A DNA stretch of 21,060 bases from Ascoidea asiatica JCM 7603 (GCA_001600695.1 BCKQ01000020.1:131699-152758), one strand, 5' to 3'. Shown: positions 9,605-20,695, numbered from the stretch's first letter. Translations and numbers: made by a program. The notes: generated from the sequence alone by a model not told the origin.

Positions 9605-10672
9605 AATGTTCATCAGCATTGGTCTCATTTCTCAATAATTTGGCTTTATTGTACATTCATTAGTCGAAATATTCGAAAAAGAAGAAGATCCATGGAAAAG
9701 GTCTCACTCCAGATTTCAAACTCAGAAAAAATGAAACCAAATCTGTGGGTGCCATTTATTGATCCTGGGATTTGGTCTCGGTGAATCAGCCACAAAATCA
9801 AATCCCACAAATCCCATGGACAAGGCCTCCCCGCCCAATCCCGTGACCGTGTATCACGAGATTGAAATAAAAAAAGAGAGAAAAGAGAAAAAAGAGAAAA
9901 AAGAGCCCTAACGGTAACACCCCCACGCAACAATATCCCATTCAGCGCGTGTGCGTTATCAATTAGCAGTCACACCGCAACAGTTCACGACTCAGAATGT
10001 GATTATGTGCGGTGCGTGCATTGTGTGTGCAATGTGTGCGCATTCTTTTATGTTTTTGCGCAAACAAATCACGCTGCCTTCTTTCCGATTCTGCGCTCCA
10101 CGCACCGCGACTTGTTTCTTGGCCATGCTGACGTAGGCAGCGTCTGGCCGCGTGTTTCGAACTGAGACAACGCACTGGAACAGCTTGTTCTGTGAGTGGT
10201 GGTGGACGTCTGTGCTGCGCGGTGGTACAGATATGCGCTACATTCTGAACAGATTCTAAACAGACGGTGCGGATGTTATCGAGAAACTTCCCCCCCAGAA
10301 GTAAGACAAGCAAGATAAGAAATGTATGACTGATTTGATAAACGCAGTACTTGACCACAGTCTTTGTCCCCAGATTGAAAGAAAATCATTAAAAATCAGA
10401 GTCGAATTGAATTACGTCGTGTAAAACCCAGGGTTCAGGCGCACACGCATGCACTGCTGCTTGAGATACCGCAACCACACGGCCACCCCCGTGCTGCGCA
10501 GCTCCGGCAGCGGCTCTGCACGGTGCCCGTCTCCTGCCCGATTCGACCAGCACCGCCACAGCGCGTTCTTGTCTGGCTGCCCGATTGGGCCTGGCTACGT
10601 AATTGCGATCACTCTGCGACAGAAAATGAGAATGAAAAAAATTGTAAGTTTTTTGTTTCTGGTAATTTTTGT
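9605..10672 (+). ncRNA. Large structured non-coding RNA, candidate telomerase RNA (boundaries approximate)
   Basis: ~1.07-kb GC-rich island with no credible ORF. Stems: 9713-9719/9862-9868, 9766-9774/9808-9816, 9973-9979/10008-10014, 10071-10079/10135-10143, hairpin 10186-10251, arm 10397-10616. End-to-end pairing 9623-9630/10624-10631; C/A-rich template-like tract 9906-9940; Sm-like AATTTTTG 10664-10671. G-U pairs favour the + strand. Confidence 0.5.
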
Positions 10673-11130
10673 TATTTGACAATTTTTAAAGTGATAAATT
10701 TTATTCACTTTTTTAAAATAGGTCAAAGAATTTATAATTCTTTAAATTTTACATATTTACTCATTTTATTCATTATTTTATTCACTATTTTATTATATTT
10801 CATTACATTTCATCTTTTATTCTACCTTTTATTCTTTGTTTCTCTTAGAAATTAACTGAAAATAAAGTGAAATTGAATTGAAAGTATTATTCAAGTATTA
10901 TCAAAGTAATATATTAAAGTAAATTAAGAATAATTTAAAGTAATTTGAGTTAATTTCAATTATCCTTTTTTTTCTTTATCCTTTTTTCTTTATCCTTTAT
11001 TCTTTATTCTTTATTATTTTATTCTTTATTCTTTATCTTTTATCTTTATCTTTTATCTTTATCTTTATCTTAATCTTTTATCTTTTATCTTTTATATCAT
11101 ATAACTTATATTTTATATCTTATATTATAG

Positions 11131-11134
<4 letters not shown>

Positions 11135-11163
<29 letters not shown>
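11135..11163. repeat. (TA)n microsatellite upstream of RMT2
   Basis: About 14 AT units, ~45 bp before the ATG, preceded by TTTATC-type pyrimidine repeats. Confidence 0.8.
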
Positions 11164-11165
<2 letters not shown>

Positions 11166-11205
11166 AACATATATACAATCATAATCACAAAAACAAAAAA
11201 TTAAA

Positions 11206-12582
11206 ATGGATTTACATGAAGTTTTATCATTAAAAACAAGACCAATAAATGATGAATATCTTAAAAAAGTTAAAATTTTATTAAAATCAGGAATTTCTCC
11301 AAATTTTACAATCTCAATTAATCAAAGAACTCCATTACATACTTTATTTTATAATTTACCAATTGATTTAAAACCAATTGAAATTAAAATTATTGAAAAT
11401 ATTATTGATGAATTATTTTTTTATGGTTCAAATTGGAATTTTATTGATATAAAAAATTTAACACCAGGTTGTATTTTAATTAATAGAAAATTAAATTTAA
11501 AATATAATTCAATTTATTTAAAAATTCTTAATGCTGGAATTAGAGCTGAAATTTTATTAAGAAAAGTTAATGAAAATAATTTATCATTTATTGAACATGG
11601 AGAAAATGAAGAAAATGGAGAAAATGGAGAAGATGAAGAAGAATCTGATTTATCTGCAAGTGATAAAGAAAATGGCAATGTTGGAAACGACAAAGAAGAA
11701 AAAGAAGATAAAGAGTTGACGAATAGAAAAGTTGAGGTAAAACAAATTAAAATTCATTCAGAAGAAGAATTTGATCCTTCTGGTAATATTAATCATTTTT
11801 TAAATACACCTTTAATTTATAATAATAATAATAGTTTAATAACAAAAGATAGAAAAGATGCTGTAATGATGCAATGGGAAGATGAACTAATGCAAGCAGG
11901 TTGTAATTCATTATTTAAAAATATACCTTCAATTTTAAAAAAAGATGATGATGAAATTAATATTTTAAATATTGGTTTTGGTATGGGAATTATTGATACA
12001 ATGATTGATTTAAAAGCTCAAAAAAGAAATATAAAAATTAATCATTATATATGTGAAGCACATCCAGATGTTTTAAAAAGAATTGAAAATATTTATATAC
12101 CAGAAATTATAAATTTAAATAATAATCCAAATTTAAATTCAAATAATAATTATATTAATAAAGTAAAAGTAAAATCAAAATCAAAAATAAATATAATTTT
12201 ATTAAAAGGTAAATGGCAAGATGAATTACCAAAATTATTAAATAAAGGTAATATTTTTTTTAATGGAATTTATTATGATACATATTCTGAATATTATGAA
12301 GATATGTTAGAATTATTTAATTTAATCTTAGGTTTATTAAAATTAAATGGTGTATTTTCATTTTTTAATGGTTTAGGTGCTGATAGACAAATTATTTATC
12401 AAGTTTATAAAAATGTTTTGGAAATTGATCTTAAAAAAATTGGTTTAAAAATTACTTATAATAATATTAATATTCCTCAAGAAACTTTAAAATTTTTAAA
12501 TGATAAAGATTCAAATAATAATATTAGAAAATCATATTGGAATTGTCCAGTTTATTATCATCCTGAAGTTACTTTTGAATAA
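11206..12582 (+). CDS. RMT2: Protein arginine N-delta-methyltransferase Rmt2
   Basis: Ankyrin-like N-terminus (TPLH, GSNWN, TPGC, AGIRAEILLRK); VMMQWE; LNIGFGMGIID SAM motif; ICEAHPDV; GIYYDTYSEYY; SFFNGLGADRQ; YYHP C-terminus. Confidence 0.96.
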   Translation: MDLHEVLSLKTRPINDEYLKKVKILLKSGISPNFTISINQRTPLHTLFYNLPIDLKPIEIKIIENIIDELFFYGSNWNFIDIKNLTPGCILINRKLNLKYNSIYLKILNAGIRAEILLRKVNENNLSFIEHGENEENGENGEDEEESDLSASDKENGNVGNDKEEKEDKELTNRKVEVKQIKIHSEEEFDPSGNINHFLNTPLIYNNNNSLITKDRKDAVMMQWEDELMQAGCNSLFKNIPSILKKDDDEINILNIGFGMGIIDTMIDLKAQKRNIKINHYICEAHPDVLKRIENIYIPEIINLNNNPNLNSNNNYINKVKVKSKSKINIILLKGKWQDELPKLLNKGNIFFNGIYYDTYSEYYEDMLELFNLILGLLKLNGVFSFFNGLGADRQIIYQVYKNVLEIDLKKIGLKITYNNINIPQETLKFLNDKDSNNNIRKSYWNCPVYYHPEVTFE

Positions 12583-13074
12583 CAGAAAATTCTCTTCTTC
12601 AAGTCTTTTTTATCTCTTTTTATCTCTTTTATCTCTCTTTTTATCTCTCTTTTTTATCTCTTTTTTCATGGATATGAATAATTCTTTCATTTATCACACA
12701 CTCTCTTTTTAGTTATGTCATTCACTTATCTTCATTTTTTATTGTTTTTATTATCTCTTAAAAAAAATCTTTGGTTTTTATCTTTTATCAATTATCTCTA
12801 ATTTCAAATTTCAAATTTCTAGTTATTTTTAATTTCTAATTTTTGATAATTCATAATTGATGTTTTTACAAAGATGTAGTTAGTTAGCAATTTTTCTCCT
12901 TTTTTATAATTCAATTCATAGCAGTAGTTTAGCCAATTTTAAAAAGCTCTAAATAAAAAAAATAAATACTTTATAATATAATTTCTTCATCATTTCTTCA
13001 TTAAAACTATCATTAAAACTATCATCAAATTCGTTGTTTTTATTCATTTTTATTGAATTTTGCTGTTAAAAATG

Positions 13075-13135
13075 TTCTCGGAAGCACCGGAGCCGGGTTC
13101 CGGCCAGTTCCGTTCGCATCCGACGCTTCGTTTGT
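13075..13135. promoter_or_regulatory. CGG/CCG-rich patch upstream of TOK1 (possible Zn2Cys6 factor sites)
   Basis: ctcggaagcaccggagccgggttccggccagttccg: dense CGG/CCG triplets about 200 bp upstream of the ATG. Confidence 0.4.
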
Positions 13136-13193
13136 TACAAAATGAAATTGAAAGAAGCTTTAAAAAAGAAAGAAGAAAGAAAGAATTTATTCA

Positions 13194-13262
13194 TATATCA
13201 CTTGAATATCACTTGAATATCACTTAAATATCATTGGAATATCATTGGAATATCATTGGAAT
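13194..13262. repeat. Degenerate 10/11-bp tandem repeat (GAATATCACTT / GGAATATCATT)
   Basis: About 6 copies in the TOK1 5' region. Confidence 0.75.
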
Positions 13263-13313
13263 TACAAGTAGATATCTTTAAACTAGGCTTTAGTAATCAT
13301 AGTACCTCTAGAA

Positions 13314-15485
13314 ATGAAGGATGTTATTCAAAATGATACAAATAATCTGCTTGATTTCAATAAACAACCTTTAAAAAGAGTTCAATCTCTAACAGAATAT
13401 ATCAATGATGATTTCTCAATTCCAAAGAATTTTATTGTTGGTAAAAACTTTCAAACTTTGAAAGCAATGAATATAAGACCAGGAGATTCATATTTCTCTC
13501 TTTGGTTAATAATATCTTGTTATTTCCCATTAATTGCTTCTTGTACTGGTCCATTGGCAAATATGTTATCAATAGCTGCAATTGTAAATAAATGGAAATA
13601 TAAAAAAAAAATTGGTGATATTAATAATGATAATGATAATGATATAAATCTGATTCTTGCAGATGATGATATTTATATTATTATTTTAAATTCAATTTCT
13701 TTATTCATTGGTTATTTTTCTGATCTTTTATTATTATTAAATATGTCAAGAAGAATAAATTATTTAACTGCTCAATTTGCTTGTATCTTTGGTTGGTTTT
13801 TTTCAAGTTTTTTATTATTATCAATATTATTAGCAACTGATTTAACATATTTTCATAATCAAAATAATTATAATTATAATAATAATAATAATAAATTAAA
13901 TGAATTTATTTATACACCTTCTGATGGATTTTGGTTTGCAGTAATGACTGCAATTTTTTATTTTATTTGTGCAACTTTATTAACAATAAATTTAATTGGT
14001 CATTATTTAAATAAATATTCTGCTGATTTTAATTTAGATTCTTCTCAAAGAGGTATCATGTTACATACTTTTTTACTTTCAATTTATTTATCAATTGGTT
14101 CTGCAATTTTTTCAAATTTAATTCATGTAAGATATGGTACTGCTTTATATTTTTCTGTTGTTTCTTTATTAACTATTGGTTTAGGTGATATTTTACCAAA
14201 ATCTATAAGTTCAAGAATTTTAATTTTAATTTATTCTTTAATTGGTTTTCTTTTATTAGGTTTAATTATAACTTCTATAAGAGGTGTAGTAATGAGTGCT
14301 TCTGGTCCACCATTTTTTTGGAATAGATTAGAAAATCATAGAAAAAAATTATATTCAGAACATTATGAAAAAATAAATTCTTTAACAAATAAAAATAATT
14401 ATTTATATTCAAAAGATTCAAATAATTTATTAAATTCAAAAAAAAAAAAAAAAAAATGTAGACATAGTATAAATCCAAGTGATTATGAAATAAAAACTGG
14501 TAAAGATAGTTTTATACAAATGAGATATCTTAGAAAAAAATCTAAATTTCAACAAAAATTAATTTCTTTATTTATTACAATCATTGTTTTTATTTCATTT
14601 TGGTTAATTGGTGCTTTAATTTTGAAATTTACTGAATCTTGGAATTATTTTGATTCAATTTATTTTTGTTTTTTATGTTTATTAACTATTGGTTATGGAG
14701 ATTTTGCTCCAAAATCTTCTGCAGGTAGACCTTTTTTTATTTGTTGGGCTTTAGCTGCAGTTCCTTTAATGACAATTTTAATCTCCAATTTAGGTGATAC
14801 TCTTTATGGTTTATATTCTCAAAAAACAGATATGTTTACTTCTTTATTAATTGCTCCAAAAATGGCTTTTAATAAAAGAGTTGGTAATGAAAGTAGATTT
14901 TTCATTGGTAAATCTTCAATAACAAAACTGAAACCAATTATAAATAATAATAATAAAAGTGATAATAATAATCTAAATTCAACTTCAAGTTCAAATTTTG
15001 ATATTGATATTGATATTGATCCTAATATTGATATTGAAAATAATAATTCTGATTTAAATTCAATAAAAAATATGAATTTAAGATTTGCACCTGAAACTAA
15101 TTTAAAAATTAATAAAATTAAATCTAATCTTCAAAATAATCAAAATAATGAATTTTTATCAAATCAAACAACTGATTTAGTTTCAATTTTAGGATCTATT
15201 AAGAAAATTATCATTGATTTCTCAGAAGATGAAAGAAAATATTATAATTACAAAGAATGGAAAGAATTATTACAAATTATGAATTTAAAAGATAATGAAA
15301 AGACTCATTATGATAAATTGTTTTGGTTATCAGAAGAATCTCCATTGAAATTTCCATTGGATGAAAGTGCTTTTTTTCTTTATAAATATTTAATTGCTTT
15401 AGAATTTAAAATTCAACAAGTTTTAAAGAAAAATCTCACTTCAAAAATAGAAAATCCTGAAGATAAATCATTACAATCAGATTGA
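13314..15485 (+). CDS. TOK1: Outward-rectifying two-pore potassium channel Tok1
   Basis: Two pore loops SLLTIGLGDI and LLTIGYGDFAPKS; GPLANMLSI; eight predicted transmembrane helices; C-terminal FWLSEESPLKFPLDE. Confidence 0.96.
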   Translation: MKDVIQNDTNNLLDFNKQPLKRVQSLTEYINDDFSIPKNFIVGKNFQTLKAMNIRPGDSYFSLWLIISCYFPLIASCTGPLANMLSIAAIVNKWKYKKKIGDINNDNDNDINLILADDDIYIIILNSISLFIGYFSDLLLLLNMSRRINYLTAQFACIFGWFFSSFLLLSILLATDLTYFHNQNNYNYNNNNNKLNEFIYTPSDGFWFAVMTAIFYFICATLLTINLIGHYLNKYSADFNLDSSQRGIMLHTFLLSIYLSIGSAIFSNLIHVRYGTALYFSVVSLLTIGLGDILPKSISSRILILIYSLIGFLLLGLIITSIRGVVMSASGPPFFWNRLENHRKKLYSEHYEKINSLTNKNNYLYSKDSNNLLNSKKKKKKCRHSINPSDYEIKTGKDSFIQMRYLRKKSKFQQKLISLFITIIVFISFWLIGALILKFTESWNYFDSIYFCFLCLLTIGYGDFAPKSSAGRPFFICWALAAVPLMTILISNLGDTLYGLYSQKTDMFTSLLIAPKMAFNKRVGNESRFFIGKSSITKLKPIINNNNKSDNNNLNSTSSSNFDIDIDIDPNIDIENNNSDLNSIKNMNLRFAPETNLKINKIKSNLQNNQNNEFLSNQTTDLVSILGSIKKIIIDFSEDERKYYNYKEWKELLQIMNLKDNEKTHYDKLFWLSEESPLKFPLDESAFFLYKYLIALEFKIQQVLKKNLTSKIENPEDKSLQSD

Positions 15486-15932
15486 TTGATTAGTTTCACC
15501 AATTACCTTGTTTTTTTGGTTTTATTCATTTCTTTTACCAAGTTTGACGTCAGTCTTTTGTTTATATTCAATATTTTAATTCTTCTTTGATTGTATAATT
15601 AATATGCTCCTTTATTATTTTTTTTATCTATTCACCTGGCTGTCAACTTTCTATGTTAAAGTATTCTTTTTCTTTTTCTTTTTCTTTTTAACATATTCAA
15701 ATAAACATTCATTTTTGGTACTTAAAGCAACATTATTCAATTTATTCATTTCACAAAGATAAAATGAAATCTACAACTGAATTTTCAGTGATTGATTGAT
15801 TAGAATGCTAAATATTGATTTTTATTAGACAAGATACAGAAAAACAAAATGGAGAAACAAAAAAAAAAAGAACAGGACTAAATGTTATTATAAAAATTGA
15901 ATTAAATGACAGATACTTTCCAAAGACAATTC

Positions 15933-18828
15933 TTAAAGACTTTTCAATTCAGTATCATTGATATATTTATTTTGAAGAATTTCATGTTTTATTCTTTTAC
16001 TTATATTTTCACTCATTAATGTTATGGCAACATTAATTTTAAAATTGACTTTTTGAACATCAGGTAAACTTAAACGTAATTTTTTTAATAATTGTGCTCT
16101 TTTCTTAAATATTTCTTTCTTATTTTTCTCAATAATCTTCTCTTTTTCTTTATCATTATTATTTTCTAAAGTAAAATTATTGATTTCATTGATAACTGAA
16201 TCACCATCTAATAACATAATATAATCTTTATAAACACCAAGACCAATAGACCAATTTTTAATATTTTCAATTTCTTTTTCTGAAAATCTTGAAATTAATA
16301 TTTTTAATTTATGAATAAATTTACCATTTGAAATTATTGAATTTGGTGCAACTTTATTTATAATTACTTTATGAGCTTCATTAAAAGTTTTATTACTAAT
16401 TAAAGTCATTGCTTCTTCATAATAATTTCCTTTATATCTATAATGTAAAGAAATAGATTCACTTATTAAATTTCTTGGTAATTTCAGTCCATTAATTAAA
16501 ACTTCTAAAACTTTTATATTAATATGATTTGAAATTTCTTCAATGTTTTTATTAACAATTTTTGAAAGATAAAATTTACATAATTCATCATTTGTTAAAT
16601 GACTTAAAATAAAAATTGATTCAGAATACATTTTTAATTTAAGTAATTCTTCTGCATATAAAACTGATAATTTTTCTTCTATATCTAATAATGATTTTTT
16701 ATTTAAATTAATAAAATTTTCTTTTTTATTTCTTAAAATTTTAAAAATATACCATTGAAATCTAATATCTAATTTAGTTATTCCATTAAAATCTGAAATA
16801 ATATTTTTAATTGAAATTAAATTTTTAGAATTTATACAACCATATAATTTAAACATATTAAAATAATTATCTTTAGAAACTTTTTTCTTATTACAAAATT
16901 TATTTATAACTTCAAATAATGGAATATTTTGATCACCATACCATAATTCAAGTCCTAAACAAATTTTCCAAGATAAACCTTCAGTTAAATCAAGATATTC
17001 TTCTGAGAATTTATTACCAAAACATAATCCTGCTAATAAACCATATATTTTAATTATCGGTACTGGAATATAATTAATTGCAGAACTTTTTACCCAAATT
17101 TTAAGTTGTTCATTTGCAGCCATAAATAATTCTTCACCACCAGATCCAAGCATAGTAATTAAAACTGCTAAATGATAATTTTCAGATTCAATTGCTAATT
17201 GATTAGCACCTTTTATATCTCTTTTACATAATAATAAAAATATTTTTTCTAATTCATCATCTTCTTTAATTAACATTTCATTAATTTCTTCTTGAACTTC
17301 TTTTTGAATCCATTTATAAACTCTTTCACGACGTCTTAATTCTAATATACGATTTTTAATTTTATATTCACTAGGTTTTAAAGTTAATATATCATCATTT
17401 TCTTTAAAAATAAAATCATCAAAAAGTCTAGAAGCTAAATCCCATAATTTTTTTTCTTTTAAAATTGTAGGTAAATTATATTCAGATAAACAAATTGAAA
17501 GACATTCTTTTAAAATTCCAAAATTTAATTGAATATTATTAATTTTTGATTTAACAATTGGATATGAATTTGAAGATCTTATAAAAATTTCTGAAATTAA
17601 TTGATGTTTTTTAAAAATATGTTTTAAAATAACATTTTTCAAAATTTCTCCCTTTTTTTCAACAAATAATTTTTCACCATTAATTAAATTAATTTTTGAA
17701 TTTTTAAAATTATTAAAATCAATAGATTTTGAAATTATTAATTTACCATTTGAAGTCCAATGAGAAAATGAAATTGGAGATGAAATTTTTAAAATTTTAT
17801 TAATTTCTAATTTTTTATTTAAAACATTTTGATAATTACCAAATAATAAAGTATCTATATTAATTTTAGAATATTTTTCATAAAATGGTAATTTTGGAAT
17901 TTTATTATTTAAAATTTCTTCAATTTTATTTGAAAAAGCAGATTTTGTAGAAGAAGCTAATTTTAATTCATCTTCCCAATTATCAGCAGATTCTAAATTT
18001 GCATCAACTTCTAATAATTTAAAATCATATTCATCAACATCCAAAGGTTCATATTGTTTTTCTTCAATATCAGTTTCACTATCAGAATCCATATTAAGAT
18101 CACTTTCATTATCATTATAATCATCATATTCACTTTGAGAAGAACTTGAGAAATCTTTTTGAGAATTAATTAAATTTGAATTAATTTTTAAATCTTTAAT
18201 TTTTAATTCATTTATAATTAAATCTTTATTATCAGATTTAATTTTTTTAATATTATTATTATTAATATTATTATTAAATTCAAAATTTTTAGAAATATTT
18301 AAATCTTTTGTAAAATTCCAACCACCAGGTATAAAAGAATCATCATTATATTTTAATTTTTTAAATGGATTTAAATCAATATTATCTTCAGAAGATTCAC
18401 TTAAATTATGTTTATAATCAAATTGATTTTCAATTAAATTTTTTGAAATTAATTTATTATTATTTATATTTGAAATTTCATCTATATTTTTTATTTGATT
18501 TTTTAAAGATTTAACTTTTTTTAATTCTTTTAATTCAATTTTTTTAATTTCCTTAGTCTCTTTTATTTCCTTTATTTCCTTGATTTCATTAAATTTTTTT
18601 TCATCAGTATTATTATCATTATCATTATTATCATTTTCATTTTCATTTTCATTTTCATTTTCATCAATTAAACCCCAAATACTAAAATGTTTAACTTTAA
18701 AAGTCCAACTACCAGAAGAAGGTATATAATTAACAAATTCCATACCTTTTTGTTTTTTTAAAAAAATAATATATTTTTGAATTTCATTAATATCATTAAA
18801 TTCTAAATTTTTTAAATTTTTTTTATTA

Positions 18829-18872
<44 letters not shown>

Positions 18873-19307
18873 AAAAGAATTTGGAAATAAATTTTCTATA
18901 GTTATAATTGATTCAACATTTAAACCACAACCAATTGGAGGTTTTAAATTTTCATCAGGATAAACTTCAATAGTTTTTGTAAAAAATTTAACAATATTAT
19001 TAAATAATTTTTTTTTTAAAAATTTAATTTTTGAAATTTTTAAAAAATTTTTATTTAAATTATAATCTATAATTAAATTTGTTAAATCTATTGATTTATT
19101 AAAAACTATTTGTCCATGATTTTTTCTACCAATTATAAAATTTGAAATTGAAGATAATTTATTTAATGGTAAATTAGATAAATAATTTATTGAAGGAGAT
19201 GACCAATATTCATCTAAGATTTTATCTTCATTGTAGTCATTGTCATTGTCGTCTTTGTCATTAGGTTTGTCTTCAAGTTTATCATCTTTCTCATTAGTAT
19301 GCTCTTT

Positions 19308-19355
<48 letters not shown>

Positions 19356-20459
19356 GATAGTAGTATTTATAGAAGAATTATCAATAAATAATCTTTTACG
19401 ATTTATATCAGTTAATTCTTTATCATTATTATTATTATCATTATTAACCTTGTTAGATTGGATTATATCATTATTTATAATAATTTTTTTATAATTATTA
19501 TTTAATAATTTTCTACGTTTTGCAGCAGATAATTCAGGATTAATAATTAATTTTTTAATATCATCATTATCTTCTTCATTATCTTTGTTATTATCATTAT
19601 TATTATTTTTATTATTTCTTTGGTTATTTCTATTATTATTATTATTATTATTATTATTAAATTGATTAAATAATTGATTATTTAATTTATATCTATAAAG
19701 AAAAGCATAATTTGAATTTAAATTAAAATTAAATTTAAAATTATCTTTTAAAATTATATTATTATTTGATTTATCAGAAAATAAACCAATAATATTATTA
19801 TTTAAATATTTATTTTTATTTTTAATTAAATCATTATTGAAGTTATTAAAGTTATTAAAGTTATTGAAGTTATTGAAGTTATTTGAATTATTATTTGATT
19901 TAATTTTATTTTTTCTTAAATTATTTCTTAAATTGTTATTATTTTGGTTGTTATTATTTTTATTGGCGTTTAAATTATTTGGTAATGAAGATACTATAGA
20001 AGGTGGCATTTTAAAATTATTATTTTTTATATCATTTGAAATATTATTTATACTTTTAATTATAGATATATTATCATCATTATTTGTATTATTAACCATT
20101 GTATTATTATCATTATTATCATTATTATTATTATTATTTGTAAGATTTAATAAATTTATACCATATGGATTATTATCAATAGTTGCAATAGATTGTTGAA
20201 CTTGTTGAACTTGTTGATTATTATTTTGATTATTAAATAAGTTATTTGATTGATTATTTAATTGATTATTGAATAAATTATTATTCATACCCATAGTATT
20301 ATTACCCATGTTATTATTATTAATTGTATTATTATTATTATTTAAATTAAAACCAAAATTTTGATTATTATTACTTAAATTATTATTTTGATTATTATTT
20401 TGATTATTATTATTACCAAAAGAAAAAAATGGTTTTGAATTATTTGAAGAACCAAACAT
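15933..20459 (-). CDS. NUP145: Nup145 (Nup98-Nup96-type) autoproteolytic nucleoporin precursor
   Basis: N-terminal FG motifs and NPYG; peptidase S59 domain (YWSSPS, IGRKNHGQI, EVYPD..KPPIGCGLN, GSWTFKVKHFSIWGL with HF|S at 18689-18681); Nup96 domain (HLAVLITML, LSWKICLGLELWYG). Confidence 0.95.
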
Positions 20460-20695
20460 AATTTGAATGAATATTCATTAAATGATTTATTATTTTATTG
20501 TTATTTATTAATTGATGTTTATTTATTATTTCTTATTATTAGTATTAGTATTAGTATTAATATCAATTCAATTCAATTTAGTTTAGTGATTATACCTTTA
20601 TTTCATTTAATCATTAATTTATTACTTATTTTATTAATTGCTAAAAGAAAATTAGAAAATAAACAAAAATTAAAAACAAACAAAATAATAGAATA

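Noticed and set aside
10153-10164. B-box-like AGTTCGAAAC on the minus strand (tRNA or Pol III gene?)
   Set aside because: No cloverleaf or convincing A-box; could at most be an isolated TFIIIC site.
9605-10672. Identity as U1, U2, snR30, RNase P/MRP or SRP RNA
   Set aside because: By eye I found no ATACTTACC, no GTGTAGTA branch-pairing sequence, no snR30 m1/m2 motifs, no P4 consensus and no SRP helix-8 motif; an Infernal search is needed to exclude these formally.
9272-10855. Several short ORFs (61-131 aa) over and around the GC-rich island
   Set aside because: Mutually overlapping on both strands, several with non-ATG starts, atypical codon usage; better explained by a structured non-coding element.
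6152-20199. Antisense or alternate-frame ORFs at 6152-6343, 12500-12712, 14275-14478, 19240-19494 and 19837-20199
   Set aside because: Shadows of real genes and of AAT/TCA triplet repeats.
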